Positions 1 through 14,243 of a stretch of 64,000 nt of DNA are shown here, piece after piece (the stretch's first letter is position 1; each line of letters starts with the position of its first letter). The stretch is from assembly GCA_013239625.1 (NCBI GenBank), contig MU053472.1, positions 2,577,822 to 2,641,821 on the forward strand, written 5' to 3'. The stretch is from Lama guanicoe (taxonomy: Eukaryota). The position numbers and the translations under genes are program-made. Below the pieces are notes generated by a model that searched no databases, had not been told where the DNA came from, and saw only the letters and a program-made list of their open reading frames with translations.

Positions 1-24
1 TGTCTGTGTGTGTGTGTGTGTGTG
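1..24. repeat. (TG)n microsatellite
   Basis: Direct reading. Confidence 0.9.
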
Positions 25-699
25 TTTTGGATGTGCTGTCATTGATGAATAATCTCATCTAATTTTATTTCTTGGAGGGAAATCTTAACTTCAGCTTTAG
101 GGGTGCCCTGTAGTCATCCCCAATATGAAAGATCATGTTAACCATTTAAATGTAACTTTATTCTACTTAAAATTACTATGTGCTTTTGGCCACAATAAAA
201 TGAACTAATACTCCCTAAGACGGGTTGAGTCTAAAATTGTCTTCTTCCCATCTTCTTGGAATCCTTGCTATCTGGATTATCTCCAGAGGGGCAACTGCTT
301 AAAGCTTTGATTCGTCTACACGAATGAGAGTGCTTGGCACTTAAGTACGCTTTAATAGCTATCACTCTACAGAGCAGATGTTTGTGTGTTTCGTGGGTAT
401 CATAAATATTAAGAACGATGTTATATGGTTTGGAAAGCACTTGCCATTAATTGTTAATGCTCACTATGTGGATGAGAGAGGGAGATTCCTTGAGGGAAAA
501 ATCAAGATAGATATTTATGTCTAACATTACTGTATTTCATTTTCAGGGCTGAGGCTGGAGAGAATTAGTCTCTGATTTCTTGTATATCATACGAAAGTGA
601 ATGTAATGCCTGAGTGTTCCTTGTTCCTTACAGCTCCATAGTGAGATAAGTAATATGTGACTATAACAGGAAGAATGGTAGAAGGAGAAGGCAGAGGTG

Positions 700-860
700 G
701 ATTCAAAGGTCAGTTTCATCTTTTCCTGGCACAGTGATCATGAACTTACTTAACCTTTCTGAATTTAGTTGTTTAACCTATAAAAGAGACTAATAATATC
801 TACCTCATAGGGTTGTTATGTTAATTTAAGAAAAGAGATGTGTGTAAAGATCCTAGGTCA
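700..860. mobile_element. MIR SINE fragment
   Basis: MIR core-like ttacttaaccttt...taataatatctacctcatagggttgttatg. Confidence 0.7.
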
Positions 861-2859
861 GTTAATTTTGTTTTGTATCAAATTAGAGACGGTAAGTACT
901 TGGTGTAGACTATGCACAAAAAAGGGCCAACGGGTAACTAAATTCTTTGAATTTTTGGCAACTGAGGATTGTTCAGAGTTTCTGATCATTGTATAGAAGG
1001 CTCTGCCCAGTGAGACTTCAGATTCTTCATTGATGTCCCACATGCAGTCTGAGTACCTGTTGATCATTACCAGCTGCCTACGGCATTTATTCATTCATTT
1101 ATTGAGGGCTCACCAGGCATCATGAAGATAATATGGTCTCTGAGCTAAGCAAGCTCATAATCTAGTAGAGGACAAAGACACAAAAGCAATTACAATATCA
1201 TGTGGTAAGTATCACCCCTAATCAAGGCAAGGTAGAGGACTGTGGAAGGCCCAAGCGAGCACACAGTTCTGTTCAGTTGAGGGACACAGCTGTACTAAGG
1301 AATGAGAGACTGAAGTACCTGTCTAGGCACCAGTGCATATAGGATGCCACAAAACCCAGAAGTGGGTTTTTGTACAGAAGTCGTTACCTTCCTGGTGAAA
1401 GATAATCTGGTTTTGCTTCCACCCAAGACAATGCTCTCATGTGGAAATTCAAGAAAAACCAAAGATCTCCTCTCTAAAGCTGACCTATGTCTGTTGATTA
1501 GTTTTGCCATGAGCAGCTGCAGATGAAGCCGACTGAAATTCTGAAATCAAATCATGCATAGCACCAAGCTGTTTTTTCTGGAATGAATTTTAAATTGTCG
1601 AACAAAGCCTAAATTTTAAATTCTTTGGTATGTCTCCCAAGTAGTCTGATTCAGTAAATTGCAAAAGAAAACAGAAATGAGAGCAAGAATTACAGAAAAA
1701 TGAGACTTCTTTTTTCCAGAACACTGACTCTACTTTAGCCAGTGGAAGTGGCTGAATCTCTCTCTTTTTTTTAATATAATAATTAAAATACTGGTTTCTC
1801 CCTAGCCCTACCTAATAGAGGTCAAATAAGTGTTTTAAGTGTATTGTTTTAAAGAGGCACCAAATTATTAGTTTGTCTGGGATATGTTTGTGTCTCCATC
1901 TTTCCCTGGAAGAGGAATGGAATAGGAAAGGCATCACAGAGGAGATGGCTTGTGGCAACCTCCAGGGATGAAATTTATCTGGGAGGAGGAAGTAGAGAAC
2001 AGGGAATGCTTCTTCTTCCCCTAGATTCACCAGTTCAAGGTCTCCGATTTCTAAGATATGGTCTTTTCTCTCTTTGGAATGGCATCTCCTGAAGCTGACC
2101 ATTTTACCATCATGAAGGTAAGTCATAATCATTTAGTTTGTAAGCACTTCTTAGATACTTTCCCAAATTAGCAAGCCCACTAAGATAAATGCCAAGATAT
2201 TTCTTGACACACTATTTTGACTTCAGGCTGTTAGTCAGGATTCCCATAAGGTATCAAATGTCATTAGGCTTGGGCATGTTGGACTGATGTACGGGGAAAA
2301 AAATACAGCCATTGGCACAGGATTTTAGTTAGTCATCCTTTTAGGTGCTAGGGATTAAAATCCAGGATCCTCTTCCCTTGAGTTTCAAAAAAAGAGCTTC
2401 CCTTTAAATCCTCCAAGTTTTAGTGGCTCTTAGCCTTTTGTTCCATGGAAAGTAGCCAAGGACAGTTGAACAGGGCTGATGGTCTGAGTGGGGTCTCCCA
2501 GCACCAGGCTCTGTCTCCCTCAATCTTAACCAAAGAGTGATGGTAAAAGTAAAGCCTGGAATTTCACTATAGCAATACTTTTCTCCTACTGCAAATCCAG
2601 AGTCTGCACATGGGGTTTCATCCCATTCCTTTGTGCCTTGAGATTCCCTTCATATCCTGACTGGGTGGACACAGAACTCTTTATACCATAGACCCTGGAA
2701 CCCCCAAGTAGAGCAACTTCATCTCTCTCTAACTCCTAAGCCTTCACCCTGAAATTCCTGTAAGTACCTCTGTAACCCGCAGCTTAGAAGGCCACAAAAG
2801 TAGGTTTTATTTTGGCCTACTAGTAAGTTAGGACAATGGACGGTCCCTTTAGAATCACA

Positions 2860-3270
2860 GAGTATCAGTGCTTCTTAGACAATGTTGTCTGGCTCCCTTA
2901 TTGTACAGATGGATAAGCTAAGGCCTAGAAAGGTGAAGTGTCTTGGCCAAAGTCATATATCCTTTTAGTGAAGGAAGTTAATACCCAGGACTCCTCATCC
3001 AAATGCCCTTTTCACCTTCCACTTTGACTTTCTTAGGAAAATACTGGTAGAAATCAGAACATTTTAAGAAGGAAGACTTATGAGGCAGGCTAGTGTGGTG
3101 CAAAGAGCCCATGAATTGAAATGGGAAGAACTGAACTTGAGTTCTAACCATAATTACCAGGAATGCAATGTTTCTGAACCCACGCTTCAGTTTCATCATC
3201 AACAAAATGGGCTAGTTTTATTATAAGACTGTGGTGAAGATAAAAGTACTTTGTAAGTCATAAAATATTA
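2860..3270. mobile_element. Two MIR fragments in opposite orientation
   Basis: acagatggataagctaaggcctagaaaggtgaagtgtcttggccaaagtca and ctgaacccacgcttcagtttcatcatcaacaaaatggg. Confidence 0.65.
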
Positions 3271-3528
3271 TAGAAACAAAGAGCTCCACATAAGGAGTCT
3301 GAGCTGCAGAGAGGGCTCTGAAACTGTGTGCAAAGTATTTTGTTTTTGTGCATTTTTCTGGGAAGAGGATCCATAAATTGCATTAGATTTTATTACCCAG
3401 AAAAATTAAGAAAAGCCACTGATGTTAGTATTCAACACCACTATCATTGACCTACGAACTGTTCTAGTTCTACAGAAGATGAACAAAACTTAATTCTTGT
3501 GCTGGAGGGACCATTTTTGAGAAATTCA

Positions 3529-3682
3529 TAGAGTTGCCAGCTAAAATACAAAGTGCCACTCACATTTGAATTTCAGATAAACGACAAAAACTTTCAGTGT
3601 AAGTATGTCCCAAGTAACACTTATTTGAAATTCAAATTTAACTGGGAATCCTACATTTTTACTTACAAATTCTGGCAGTCCA
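3529..3682. mobile_element. MER53-like non-autonomous hAT DNA transposon
   Basis: Ends tagagttgccag...ctggcagtcca and internal tttgaatttcagataaac; same family as 27310-27474. Confidence 0.75.
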
Positions 3683-5080
3683 TGAAATTTACTCTCATCA
3701 GCAGGGAAAAGGTGACTTGTGTTTCAGTGAGCTCCTCTTTCAGATCTTCTTGTGACACATTCCCATTGGCAGAGAGTTGGATGAGGATTATAATGTATTC
3801 AAAAAGCAAAACCAAAAGTCAGGGGCCACACTGAAGATCAGAAAATTTAGAGATTATTTTAAATTAAAGCGTGTCACTTTCTTGATGCCACAGCAGGGGC
3901 AGATTCAAACTTTGTGCAGCCTGAATTCTATAAAATGGTGGAGACCCTCTTTACGAAGAAGAATGCAAAGTTACAAGTACAAAATTAGGCGTAAAAGTGT
4001 GTGTCTATTTAAATGAGAAAAAAATTAAAATAAATTACTGGATGTTTAGAACAGTGCCTGGTATTATAGTAAGCACTCAATAGTGTAAAAACAAACAAAA
4101 AACAGTAAGAGGATTCTGGGAAGATCACACAGTAGGAAGAACCAGAACTCTATCTCCTCACTTAGACAATAATTGCACTGGAAGAATCTGTCTGCTGTAA
4201 TTTTGGAACTCTGGAGTGTACTGAAGCCTCACAACTTCCAGAGGAAAACTAGACAGCAAAATTGTGATTAATTTCAGTCAATTTTAGCTCTTAGCCCAGT
4301 AGCAGCTATGCATTCCCCACACACCTCAGCCTCATTGCAGGCAGCTGTGCCTGTGTTCACGAAGTAGCTTGCATACTGCTTACAGTGGACAAAAAGGACT
4401 GTTCTTCAGGTATCGGGGACCTATGCTCTGATCACTGATCACTCAGGTTCAGGTAAAGAGGCTATGGCCATTGCTGTTGTATACTCCCCACTCCTTGTTG
4501 CAAGGCCTTCCCCTCAGGTGGGAGTGATTGTCAGGGGACTCAAAAGGACAGAGCCTTTTTCCCCCTCATTTTTTATCTTAAGCTTTTGGGAGCCAGACAC
4601 TGAAGACAAGGACATTCAAAAGCAACCACATATACAGGAAAAATCAGAAAGTCACCATGCATGCCCTGGGGAAGGACCAGGCTCAGAAAAGACATGAGAA
4701 GACCTTGAGTTTACACTTCAGGATAATCCTTGGTACAGAGAAAGCCTACAATAATCAAAAAAAGGAACAATAACTAGAACTAAAAACACTAACCCTGGGG
4801 AAGAAAGAGAATGTGATTTCAAAAATTATCACATTATTAGATTCCAGTTATTAGAGTATTAATTCAACATACAGTTTTTAACAACAACAACAACAACAAA
4901 AACCCCAAGGCATACAAAGAAACAGAAAAACATGGCCCATTCAAAGGAAATAAACCACAGAAACTGTCCTGAAAAAGACCTTATGGTGAATCATCTAGGC
5001 AAAGACTTTAAAACATCTGTCTTAAAGCTGCTCAAAGAACTACAGAAATATGTGGAGAGAGTCAAGAAAAAAATACATAA

Positions 5081-5345
5081 AATAAATAAGTCATGAGGAT
5101 GTAGTGAACAACATGGTGACTATAGTCAATAATATTGTAGTGCATTTTTCAAAGTTGCCATGAAAGTAAATCTTAAAAACTCTCATCACAGGAAAAAAGG
5201 TTTTTGTAACTTGGTGTGGTGAAAGACAGTGACTAGACTTCTGTGATGATCATCTCTCAGCATATACAAACATTAAATTGTTATGTTATCACCTGAAACT
5301 AATATAATGTTTGTTATATGTCAAGTATACCTCAATAAAAAAAAG
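5081..5345 (+). mobile_element. 5'-truncated L1 3'-end nested in host ORF1
   Basis: catggtgactatagtcaataatattg...tatacctcaataaaaaaaa tail interrupts ORF1. Confidence 0.75.
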
Positions 5346-5783
5346 AGAAAAAGGAAAACAATGTATGAATATAATGGAAATATTAGTGAAGTGATTGAAA
5401 TCTTCAGAGAAACCAGAAAGAAATTATGAAGCAGGTAAGTGCAATAATTGAAATGAAAACTTCACTAGAAAGATTACTAGAAAGCAAGTTTGAGCAGGCA
5501 GAAGAAAGAATCAGCAAACTTAAAGATAGGACAATGGAAATTATTAAATCTGAGAAACAGAAAGAAAAAAGATAGACATGAACAGTGCCTAAAGGAACTG
5601 TGGGATGCCACCAATTAGACTGACATACAACTCATGGGAGTCCTAAAAAGATGAGAGAGAGAAAAAGGCAGAGGGAATAGTTTAAAAAATAATGGCAAAA
5701 ACTTCCCAAATTTCATGAAATACATGAATATAAACATCCAAGGAGCTCAGTGAACTCCACGAAGAACTCCAAGAGATAAACAC

Positions 5784-7701
5784 AGATGGAAAGATACACC
5801 GTGCTCTTGGATTGGAATATTGTTAAAATGATCGTACTATCCTAGGCAATCTACAGATTCAATGCAATCCCTATCAAAACACCAAGGGCATTTTTCACAG
5901 CACTAGAACAAATAATTTGAAATTTTTTCTGGAAACACAAAAGCCCCCAAATAGGCAACACAATCTTGACAAAGAAGAACAGAGCTGGAGGAATCATGCT
6001 CCCTAACTTCAGACTATACTACAAAGTTACAGTAATCAAAACAGTATGCTACTGTACAAAAATAGACACAGAGGTCAATGGAACAGAATAAAGAGCCAAG
6101 AAATAAACCCACAAACCAATGGTCAATTAATCTATGACAAAGGAGTCAAAAATATACAATGGAGAAAAGACAATCAATTAGTGGTCCTGGGAAAACTGAA
6201 CAGCTAAATATAAAAGAATGAAATTAGAACATTCTCTAACACCACATACAAAAATAAACTCAAAATGGATTAAAAACCTAAATGTAATACCAGAAACCAA
6301 AACTCCTAAAGGAAAACACGGGCACAATACTCTTTGATATAGATCATAGCAACATATTTTTTGGATATGTCTCCTACGCAAAGGAAATAAAAGCAAAAGT
6401 AAGTAAGGGGGGTCTAAGTAAACTTAAAAGCCTTTGTGCAGCAAAGGAAACCATTGGCAAAATGAAAAGACAATCTACTGAATGAGAGAAAATATTTGCA
6501 AATGATAAGACCAACAAGGGGTTAATATTCAACATATATAAACAGCTCATATAATTCAACATCAAAAAACACACAACCCAATTAAAAAATGGGCAGAAGA
6601 CCTAAATGGACATTTTTCCAAAGAAGATATACAGATGGCTAACAGGTACACGAAAAGGTGCTCAACACTGCTAATTATCATAGAAATGCAAATCAAAACC
6701 ACAATGAGATATCACCTCACACCTGTCAGAATGGCTATCATGAAAAAGAACACAAATAACAAATGTTGACAAGGATATGGCGAAAAGAATACTTTCTTAC
6801 AGTGTTGGTGGGAATGTATATTGCTGTAGCCACTGTGGAAAACAATATGGAGGTTTCTCAAAACTAAACATAGAATTACCACATGATCCAGCAATTCCAC
6901 TCCTGGGTATATATCCTCCCAAAATGAAAACATGAATTCAAAAAGATACACACACCCCAATGTTCATAGCAGCATTACTTACAATTGCCAAGATATGGAA
7001 GCAACCTAAATGTCCATCAACAGATGAATGGATAAGGACAATGTGGTATATACTGTATAATGGAATACTACTCAGCCATGAAAAAGAAGGAAATTTTGCC
7101 ATCTGCAAGAACATGGATGGATTTGAAGGGTATTATGCTAAATAAGTCAGAATGAGAAAGACAAATAACTGTATATCACTTAAATGTAGAATCTAAAGAA
7201 TACAACAAACTGATAAATATAGCAAAAAAATAAACAGACTTACAGATATAGAGAACAAATTAGAGGTTACCAGTGGGGAGAGGAAAGAGGGGAGGGGCAA
7301 TATAAAGGTATGGGATAAAGAGGTACAAACCATTATGCATAAAATAAACTACAAAGATATTGTACAACACAGGAAATATAGCTGATATTTTATAAGTATA
7401 AATAACCTTTAAAAATTGTGAATCACTATACTGTACACCTGTAACTTATAGAATATTGTACATCAACTATACTTTCAAAATTTTACATATATATAAAATA
7501 AAAAATAAAATGAAAAGAATAAATAGCCCAACAAAAAATAAATAAGTAAAAATAGAAAGAAGGGGGAAGATCACTATGTGATAAAATTTATGTTTACAGA
7601 TTGGCATTTACTATATGACAATTGCTTAAAGCCTATACTGGTTAACTCTCTATTACCAGCTGACAAGAAATAAAAACATCCTTACCCAGCATCTTAAAAA
7701 A
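5784..7701 (+). mobile_element. Younger 5'-truncated L1 (ORF2 3' part and 3'UTR) with 3' transduction
   Basis: ORF2 peptide MFIAALLTIAKIWKQPKCPSTDEWI. A-rich tail at 7495-7560, then unique sequence with AATAAA (7669) and a second A tail. Degenerate TSD agagataaacac (5772-5783) / agaggcaaccac (7709-7720). Confidence 0.85.
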
Positions 7702-7838
7702 CAGAGAGAGAGGCAACCACAAGGATACATTGTGATCAAACTGCCCAAAGACAAAGAGGGAGTTTTGAAAGCAGTGAGTAAGCAACTCCTCATGCAAAGG
7801 ATCCTCAATAAGGTTACTAGCAAATCTCTCAACATAAA

Positions 7839-8030
7839 TTTTGTTTTTTTGTTTTGTTTTGCTTTATTTTGGTATTTTTTATTTATTCTTTTTTTTATTG
7901 AGGTATAGTCAGTTTATAATGTTGTCAATTTCTGGTGTACAGCATAATAGTTCAGTCATACATATACATACATATATTCACTTTCATGTTCTTTTTCATT
8001 ATAGGTTAATACAAGATATTGAATATATTG
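7839..8030 (-). mobile_element. Short L1 3' tail, reverse orientation
   Basis: T-rich tail then ttattgaggtatagtcagtttataatgttgtcaatttctggtgtacagc, the reverse complement of the 22831-22922 element. Confidence 0.8.
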
Positions 8031-11000
8031 ATTTAAATCAATAAAAAATGTTAAAAAAAAAAGACACTAGACAATGACTTGAAGTTATATGAAGAAATAA
8101 AGATCTCAGTAAAGGGAAATACATGAGCAATTATAAAAGCTGGTATTATTGTGTAACTCCACTTTTTGTTTTCTACACAATGTAAGAGACTGATACATTA
8201 AAATATTATTAACTTATGTTTTGAGACACATAATGCATAAAGATGTAATTCTGTGATATCAACAACTGAATGAGGTAGGGAAGAAGCTGCTAAAGGAGCA
8301 GAGGTTTTGTATGTTATTGAAGATAAGCTGGTATAAATTCAAATTAAAATGCTATAACTAAAGCTATAAGATGTTAAATGTAATCCCCAGCAAATATCTA
8401 AAGCATTTTTTAATGAAATGATAAAAAAATTTAAATGTTTCATTATAAAAAATCAAACTAAACACAAAAGAAGGCAGTAATAGAATAAATGAGTCATAAA
8501 GGCTATAAGGTGTATCGATAACAAATAGGAAAATGACTGAAGTAAGTGCCTCCCCATCAGTAGTTACTTTAAATGTAAATGAATTAAATTTTCCAATCAA
8601 AAGACAGATTGTTAAAAAAAAGATTGGCAAAATGGATGAAAACACATGATCCAACCATATGCTGTCTATAAGACTCACTTTAGGTCCAAAGACATAAATA
8701 GGTTGAAAGTAAAAGGATGGAAAAGAAAATCCACTCAATAGTATAATTGCTATACTAACATCCAACAAAACAGACTTTAAACCAGAAAGTGGTTATAAGA
8801 GATTAAGAAGGACACTGTATATTAATAGAAAGTTCAATACAACAAGAAGATGTAACAATTGTAAACATCCATGCACCTAATAACAGACCAACAAAATATA
8901 TGAAGCAAAATTGTATGGAATTGAAGGGAGAAATAGATAGTTCTACATAATAGTTGGAGTTCAGTATCCCATTCTCAATAATGGATGGAACAACTGCATA
9001 TACAGATGCAGAAGAATGAAGCTGGACCCTTACCTAGCACCATGTACAAAAACTAACTCAAAATGGATCCATGAGCTAAATATAAGACCTAAAACTATAA
9101 AATACTTAGAAGAAAACATAGGACAAAATATTCTGACATTTGACTTGAATGACAATGGTTTCTTGGATATGACACTAAAGGTGCAGGCAACAAAGAAAAA
9201 ATTAGACAAATTCAACTTCATAAAAATTTACAATGTACATGAAAGGATACTATAAAGACAGTAAAAAGTCAACCCAAAGAATGGGAGAAAACATTTGTAA
9301 ATCATATCTGATAAAGGATTAACATCCAGAATATATAGAAAATGGCTAAACATTACCACCAACAAAAACAAAAACAAAAAAATGGGCAAAGGACTTGAGT
9401 AGACATTTCTCTAAAGAAGATACACAAATAGCCAATAAGCACATGGAAAGATGCTCAAAATTACTAATTGTTAGGGAAATATATCAAAAACTACAGAGAG
9501 ACACCACCTCACATCTATTAGAATGGCTATGATAAAAAAAATAATGATAACAAGTCTTGGCGAAGATATGGAGAAACTGGAACACTTGTGCACTGTTGGT
9601 GGGAATATAAAATGGTACAGCTGCTATAGGAAATGGTATGGAAATGATTCAAAAATTTAAAAATAGAATTACCACATGATCCAGCAATTCTATTTCTGAA
9701 TATAAAACCAAAGTAAATGAAAGATGTTCTTGAAGAAGTATCTGTATACCCATGTTAATAGCAGCATTATCCATAATAGCTAATACATTAAAGCAACCCA
9801 AGTGTCCATCAACTGATGAATGGATAAGCAAAATATGCTATATACATACAATGGTATATCATTCAGTCTTAAAAAGGAAGGAAAGTCTGACATACGCTAT
9901 AACGTGGATGAACCTTGAGGACATTTTCCTAAGTGAAATATGCCAGTCACAAAAAGACAAATACTGTATGATTCTACTTACATGAGATACCTAGACTAGT
10001 CAAATTCATAGTCGGAAAGTAATATGGTGGTCACCAGGGGCTGAGGGGAGGAGGGAATGGAGAGTTATTGTTTAAGGGGGTTTAGAGTTGCACTTTTGTG
10101 AGATGGAAAGAATTCTGAAGATGGATGATGGTGATGGCTGTATAACAATATCACTGTATTTCCTGCCTCTGTACTATACACTTAACAATAGTCAAGATAG
10201 TAAATTTTATGTTTTATCAATTTACCATGATAAAAAAATTGGGGAAAAAAGTAGAAATCAATGCTTCCTGTCCATGACACATATATAGAAATAATATCCA
10301 GGTGGTCTAAAATTGCACTGTTACTTTGGATTTATGTAATTGATGAAGGATTAATACCTTGAATAGGGGGGTACTTAAGAAATAAATATTTGTTAATGAA
10401 TGTTTCATTTCTCATGGGGATATTCTCCAGGAATGAAGGGCAGAGCAATGTCATGATAATCTTTATGTCACATTTCTTGAATTAAGCAAAGATACACTTG
10501 GGAAAATACAAAATACCTACATAGATTTTTGGAAATGATATACAAGTTGTACCTTTTTTCAATTTAACTTTTGCTTTTTCTTTTTTTTATTTTGGCTTAC
10601 AACTGCATGATAGAAATTTTGAATTTAGAAATATTGGTTCTCATATTTTATATAGCACCATTTTCCTTTTTTCTTAAAATGAAGATTCACCTGTCCTTAA
10701 AAAAACTGTTCAAAAGGTAATATACTCATTACTGATTCTTCAATTTGCTGGCAAATAAAATGTAGTAACTGTTCAGTTGGTCTTTGCATTAGATATATTG
10801 TTATAAAAAAATGCCAGGATTTTTTTAAAAGTAGCCTATCTAATTTCTTTCTAAATTTTTAATGCCTTTTTTTAGTTTAACTCTGCTTTTAAAAAATATA
10901 CACACATGTTTGGAATAAAAGCCAGTTTTAAAATTTATTCTATATTATATGCTATTAAGCAGTACTGATAGAAAAATTTCTGACACAGTTCCTTCTCAAA

Positions 11001-12630
11001 GCATTTGAAAATTCATACAAATTTATGCATGGAAAACACATGAAAGGGCACCTATCAAAATCTAGCAGCAATTTTCTGTTGGTGACAGTGAAATTACAGG
11101 CAATTTTTATCTTCTTTTTCCCTATCCATATTTTTAAATTTTTTATCAAGTAAACATATTACAATGTAGAGATAACTCTTGAGAAAAAGAAAACTATACA
11201 GGAGAAATGATCTTTGGGATATTAAACTTGACATTTGGAAGTCTGAATTTTCACTTAGCATATTTTATCACCATTAATGGATTTGGATGTAATTGGAGTT
11301 ACAGCTCACCTTGCCATCTGTTAAATGGGAGTGACGGAAATACCTTCTTCACACAGTTACTCTCAGAGCAGCAGAGAGCTTATTTAAGGCACCTCCCATA
11401 GTGCCTGGCACACTGTATGTGCTTAATAAACTGTAGCTGTTGTTATTATTAGTATATCTTAAAACAGTAAAAATAAACTCCCTAGGTACCATGTAAGCCT
11501 TATTTAACCACATTTTCAAATCAACAGGAGGTAAACAGTTTGATCCTTTAGAAAAGCAATCAGAAAATTAAGCTGCTTTTTCCCCCCCAGATTTTCAATT
11601 AATGAAATACTACAAACACACAGAAGATATCAAGAGAAACCCACACCCTTTCTTACTCTTCTTAGAAGCAAAATATTACAGATACAACTAAAGCCCTAAA
11701 CTCTCCCTTCCCCTTTCCTATCTCTCCAGAGATAGTCACAACCCTAGAGCTGACTTCCATGCACATTTACTTCCATGCACATTTTTGTACTGTTTCTACT
11801 TATATCCATTACTCTCCATATTTACATCCATACTTTATATCCATAAATAATACATATAATTGTTTACATGTGAGGAAACATGAGCCTAATCGGAAATTCC
11901 TTCCACTTGGGATGCTCTTCTTCTCCATTTCCCCATCTTAAAGAATAATTTGTTTTTAATAAAACTTTGCCTGATCAATATGAAATGACTCCAATTGTAA
12001 ACCTTGCATTCTATATTGATGCATGTTTAGCTTTAAACCAAATAAAGTTACAGAAAGACAAGCCAAACCTCCCTGAGGGCTCCATGTAGAATGTTTTGTA
12101 ATCCACATTCTAATTATGACTTTTAAAACATACAACTTAGAAAAGTAATTACATCTTAATAAGTTTGTTCATTTATTAAATTGGGTTTTACTCTAAAATA
12201 TTTATGTTACTATGTAAACAGAACAGATCTAATTAATCAAGTCAACAAGGGAATGAACGCAGTTATACACAGAAATAAAATCTTTTTCTAAACCATATTC
12301 AAATTTAAAGCACCAAATCATTTTTGGAAAAGAATTACTACCTCTCCAAGTTATTAATGCAAATCCCATTTCTTCAAATTTTGTTTTTCAACCTGAAAAT
12401 AAAATTTATGGAGAGCTGTTACTGCAAACTATGACACATGATTAGTACATATACAGACAGAGGATTACTAACACATTTATGGCAACCTGAGTGATGGACC
12501 CATGCTATCTCCTACTGGTCACCACTTCTCTTCTCACTTCACTTCTAACGTTAGGAAATTTAAGAATGTTGCGTCTCAGGCCTCTGCTCACAACCTAAGA
12601 AATAAAGTGAATGATGATAGTCTGTGCATG

Positions 12631-13644
12631 TGAGTAGGAAAAACTCACTCCTCCTCCTGTGTGTTTCTCCTTTACTACTCAGAGAGAACATTTCACTTCT
12701 GACACTTCTGATCACCAAATGTATGGGTGTTTTTCCCCTACAAAGCTATTCTCTGTGACATCATCATAATTCAGTTCTGAGACAACCAACTTGTATTAGC
12801 AACAGATCTCAGAAAATAAGGGCTCAGCCCCACAAGACTGCCTTCCTCCAACACTTCAGATGCCAATCGCAAGTCCTAGGTTGTCACCTGTGCTTCTGAC
12901 AACTGGCTATAAATCAGGGTTCCCATGACCTCCTTCTTGGGTATGATAATTTACTGGAATGACTCACAGAACTCAGTGAAACACTTACTTATGTCCATTG
13001 GCTTATTACATAATAAGGGATCTGATAAAGAATACAGATGAACAGCCAGATGACGAGATACATAGGGAGAGTTCTGGGAGGGTCCTGAGTGCAGGAGCTT
13101 CTGTCTCTGTGGAGTTGGGGTGCGTCACTCTCCCAGTACTTGGATATGTTCAACCTGGAAGCTCTCTGAACCCCATATTATTGGTGTTTTTTTGAAGGCT
13201 TCATCACACAAGCATAATTAATTAATAACTTTCCATTTCCAGTCCCTGACCCCTCTCTGAGAATGGGAGTTGGGCAGAAAATTTCAAGTTTCCAGCCATA
13301 GTTTTGTCTTTCTGGTGACCAGTCCCCAACCAGGAGCCATCCAGGAGCCCACCCAGAGCTACTGCCTAAAGACACTCCTGCCAACCTGGAAAGTCCAAGG
13401 ACTTAGGAGTCCTGTGTCAGGAACCAGGGTCAAAGACCAAATAACAGAACAAAAGATGCTCCTAATGCTCTTGTCACTTAGGAAATTACAAGTTTTAGGA
13501 GCTCTGTGCCAGGAACCAGAGTCAAAGACTAAACATTAGAAAAAAAGATTCTCCCAGCACCCCTATTTATAAAAATTTTAGGAGCCATGTGTCAGGAACA
13601 GAGAGCAGAAATCAATATGTATATATACTTCTTATTATTTCACA
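12631..13644 (-). mobile_element. MER21-like ERVL solo LTR
   Basis: TG...CA ends, 5-bp TSD gcatg/gtatg, homology to 34148-34625, and three internal ~90-bp repeat units at 13390-13617. Confidence 0.8.
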
Positions 13645-14243
13645 GTATGATACACAACTCTGTCTCTTTCTTTACCATGAACTTCTCTTGGCTTTCTAAT
13701 ACAGAAGTCTGATAATGAGTTTGTCTTTTCAGGAAAACACAGGATTAATTTCTCTGCTGCAACTCCTGGTATCTATCTATCTATGCATCCATCCATGTAT
13801 ACAGTTGATCCCTTCATTATAATTTATTTAGAAACTACAGAGAAAAAGTACCCAAACAATGAATTTGTTAAGCTCAAATTCTCAAAGCTATCATATTTGT
13901 CAGGCAGGATCTACCCAAATATAAAGAAAAGTCTTGACTCAGAGCTTAAACTACACCGAGGATGCTTGAGAAGCAATAATATTGTGTTCAAAAAGAAGTT
14001 GAAACTCTAATATTTGAATTAAAAAAAAAAAAAGTAAACTCTGAGCTCCAGAGGGCAGAATCCATGTCTTACTCATTTTTGCCTTATACTACCTCTAACA
14101 CATAGCAGATGTTCCATAAACTTTTAAATAAAAGAAGGAATGATTAAATAAATAGAATTAGTTTTAGTGGGGTTATGTTCTTGGCCCTGATTCAGATATG
14201 TCTAATTTTTCTAGCCTGGTGAAACCTTTTTGAATGCTGCTGA

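Larger units (their letters stand above)
4108..10245 (+). mobile_element. Old L1 (5'UTR, ORF1, internally deleted ORF2, 3'UTR) hosting younger L1 insertions
   Basis: ORF1-like sequence at 4900-5780 resumes at 7721. Endonuclease-region sequence at 8540-8995 jumps to ORF2 C-terminal peptides (MKLDPYLAPCTKTNSKWI; LKQPKCPSTDEWI), then the 3' end near 10240. Confidence 0.9.

Noticed and set aside
10690..12392. Protein-looking minus-strand frames (SWHFFITIYLMQRPTEQ...; KTKFEEMGFALITW...)
   Set aside because: They are bounded by stops, have no consistent splice phases and no recognised homolog. Equally plausible-looking frames occur on the opposite strand.
13390..13617. Three ~90-bp spaced repeats resembling an array
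   Set aside because: They are internal tandem units of the MER21-like LTR in eukaryotic DNA, not CRISPR.
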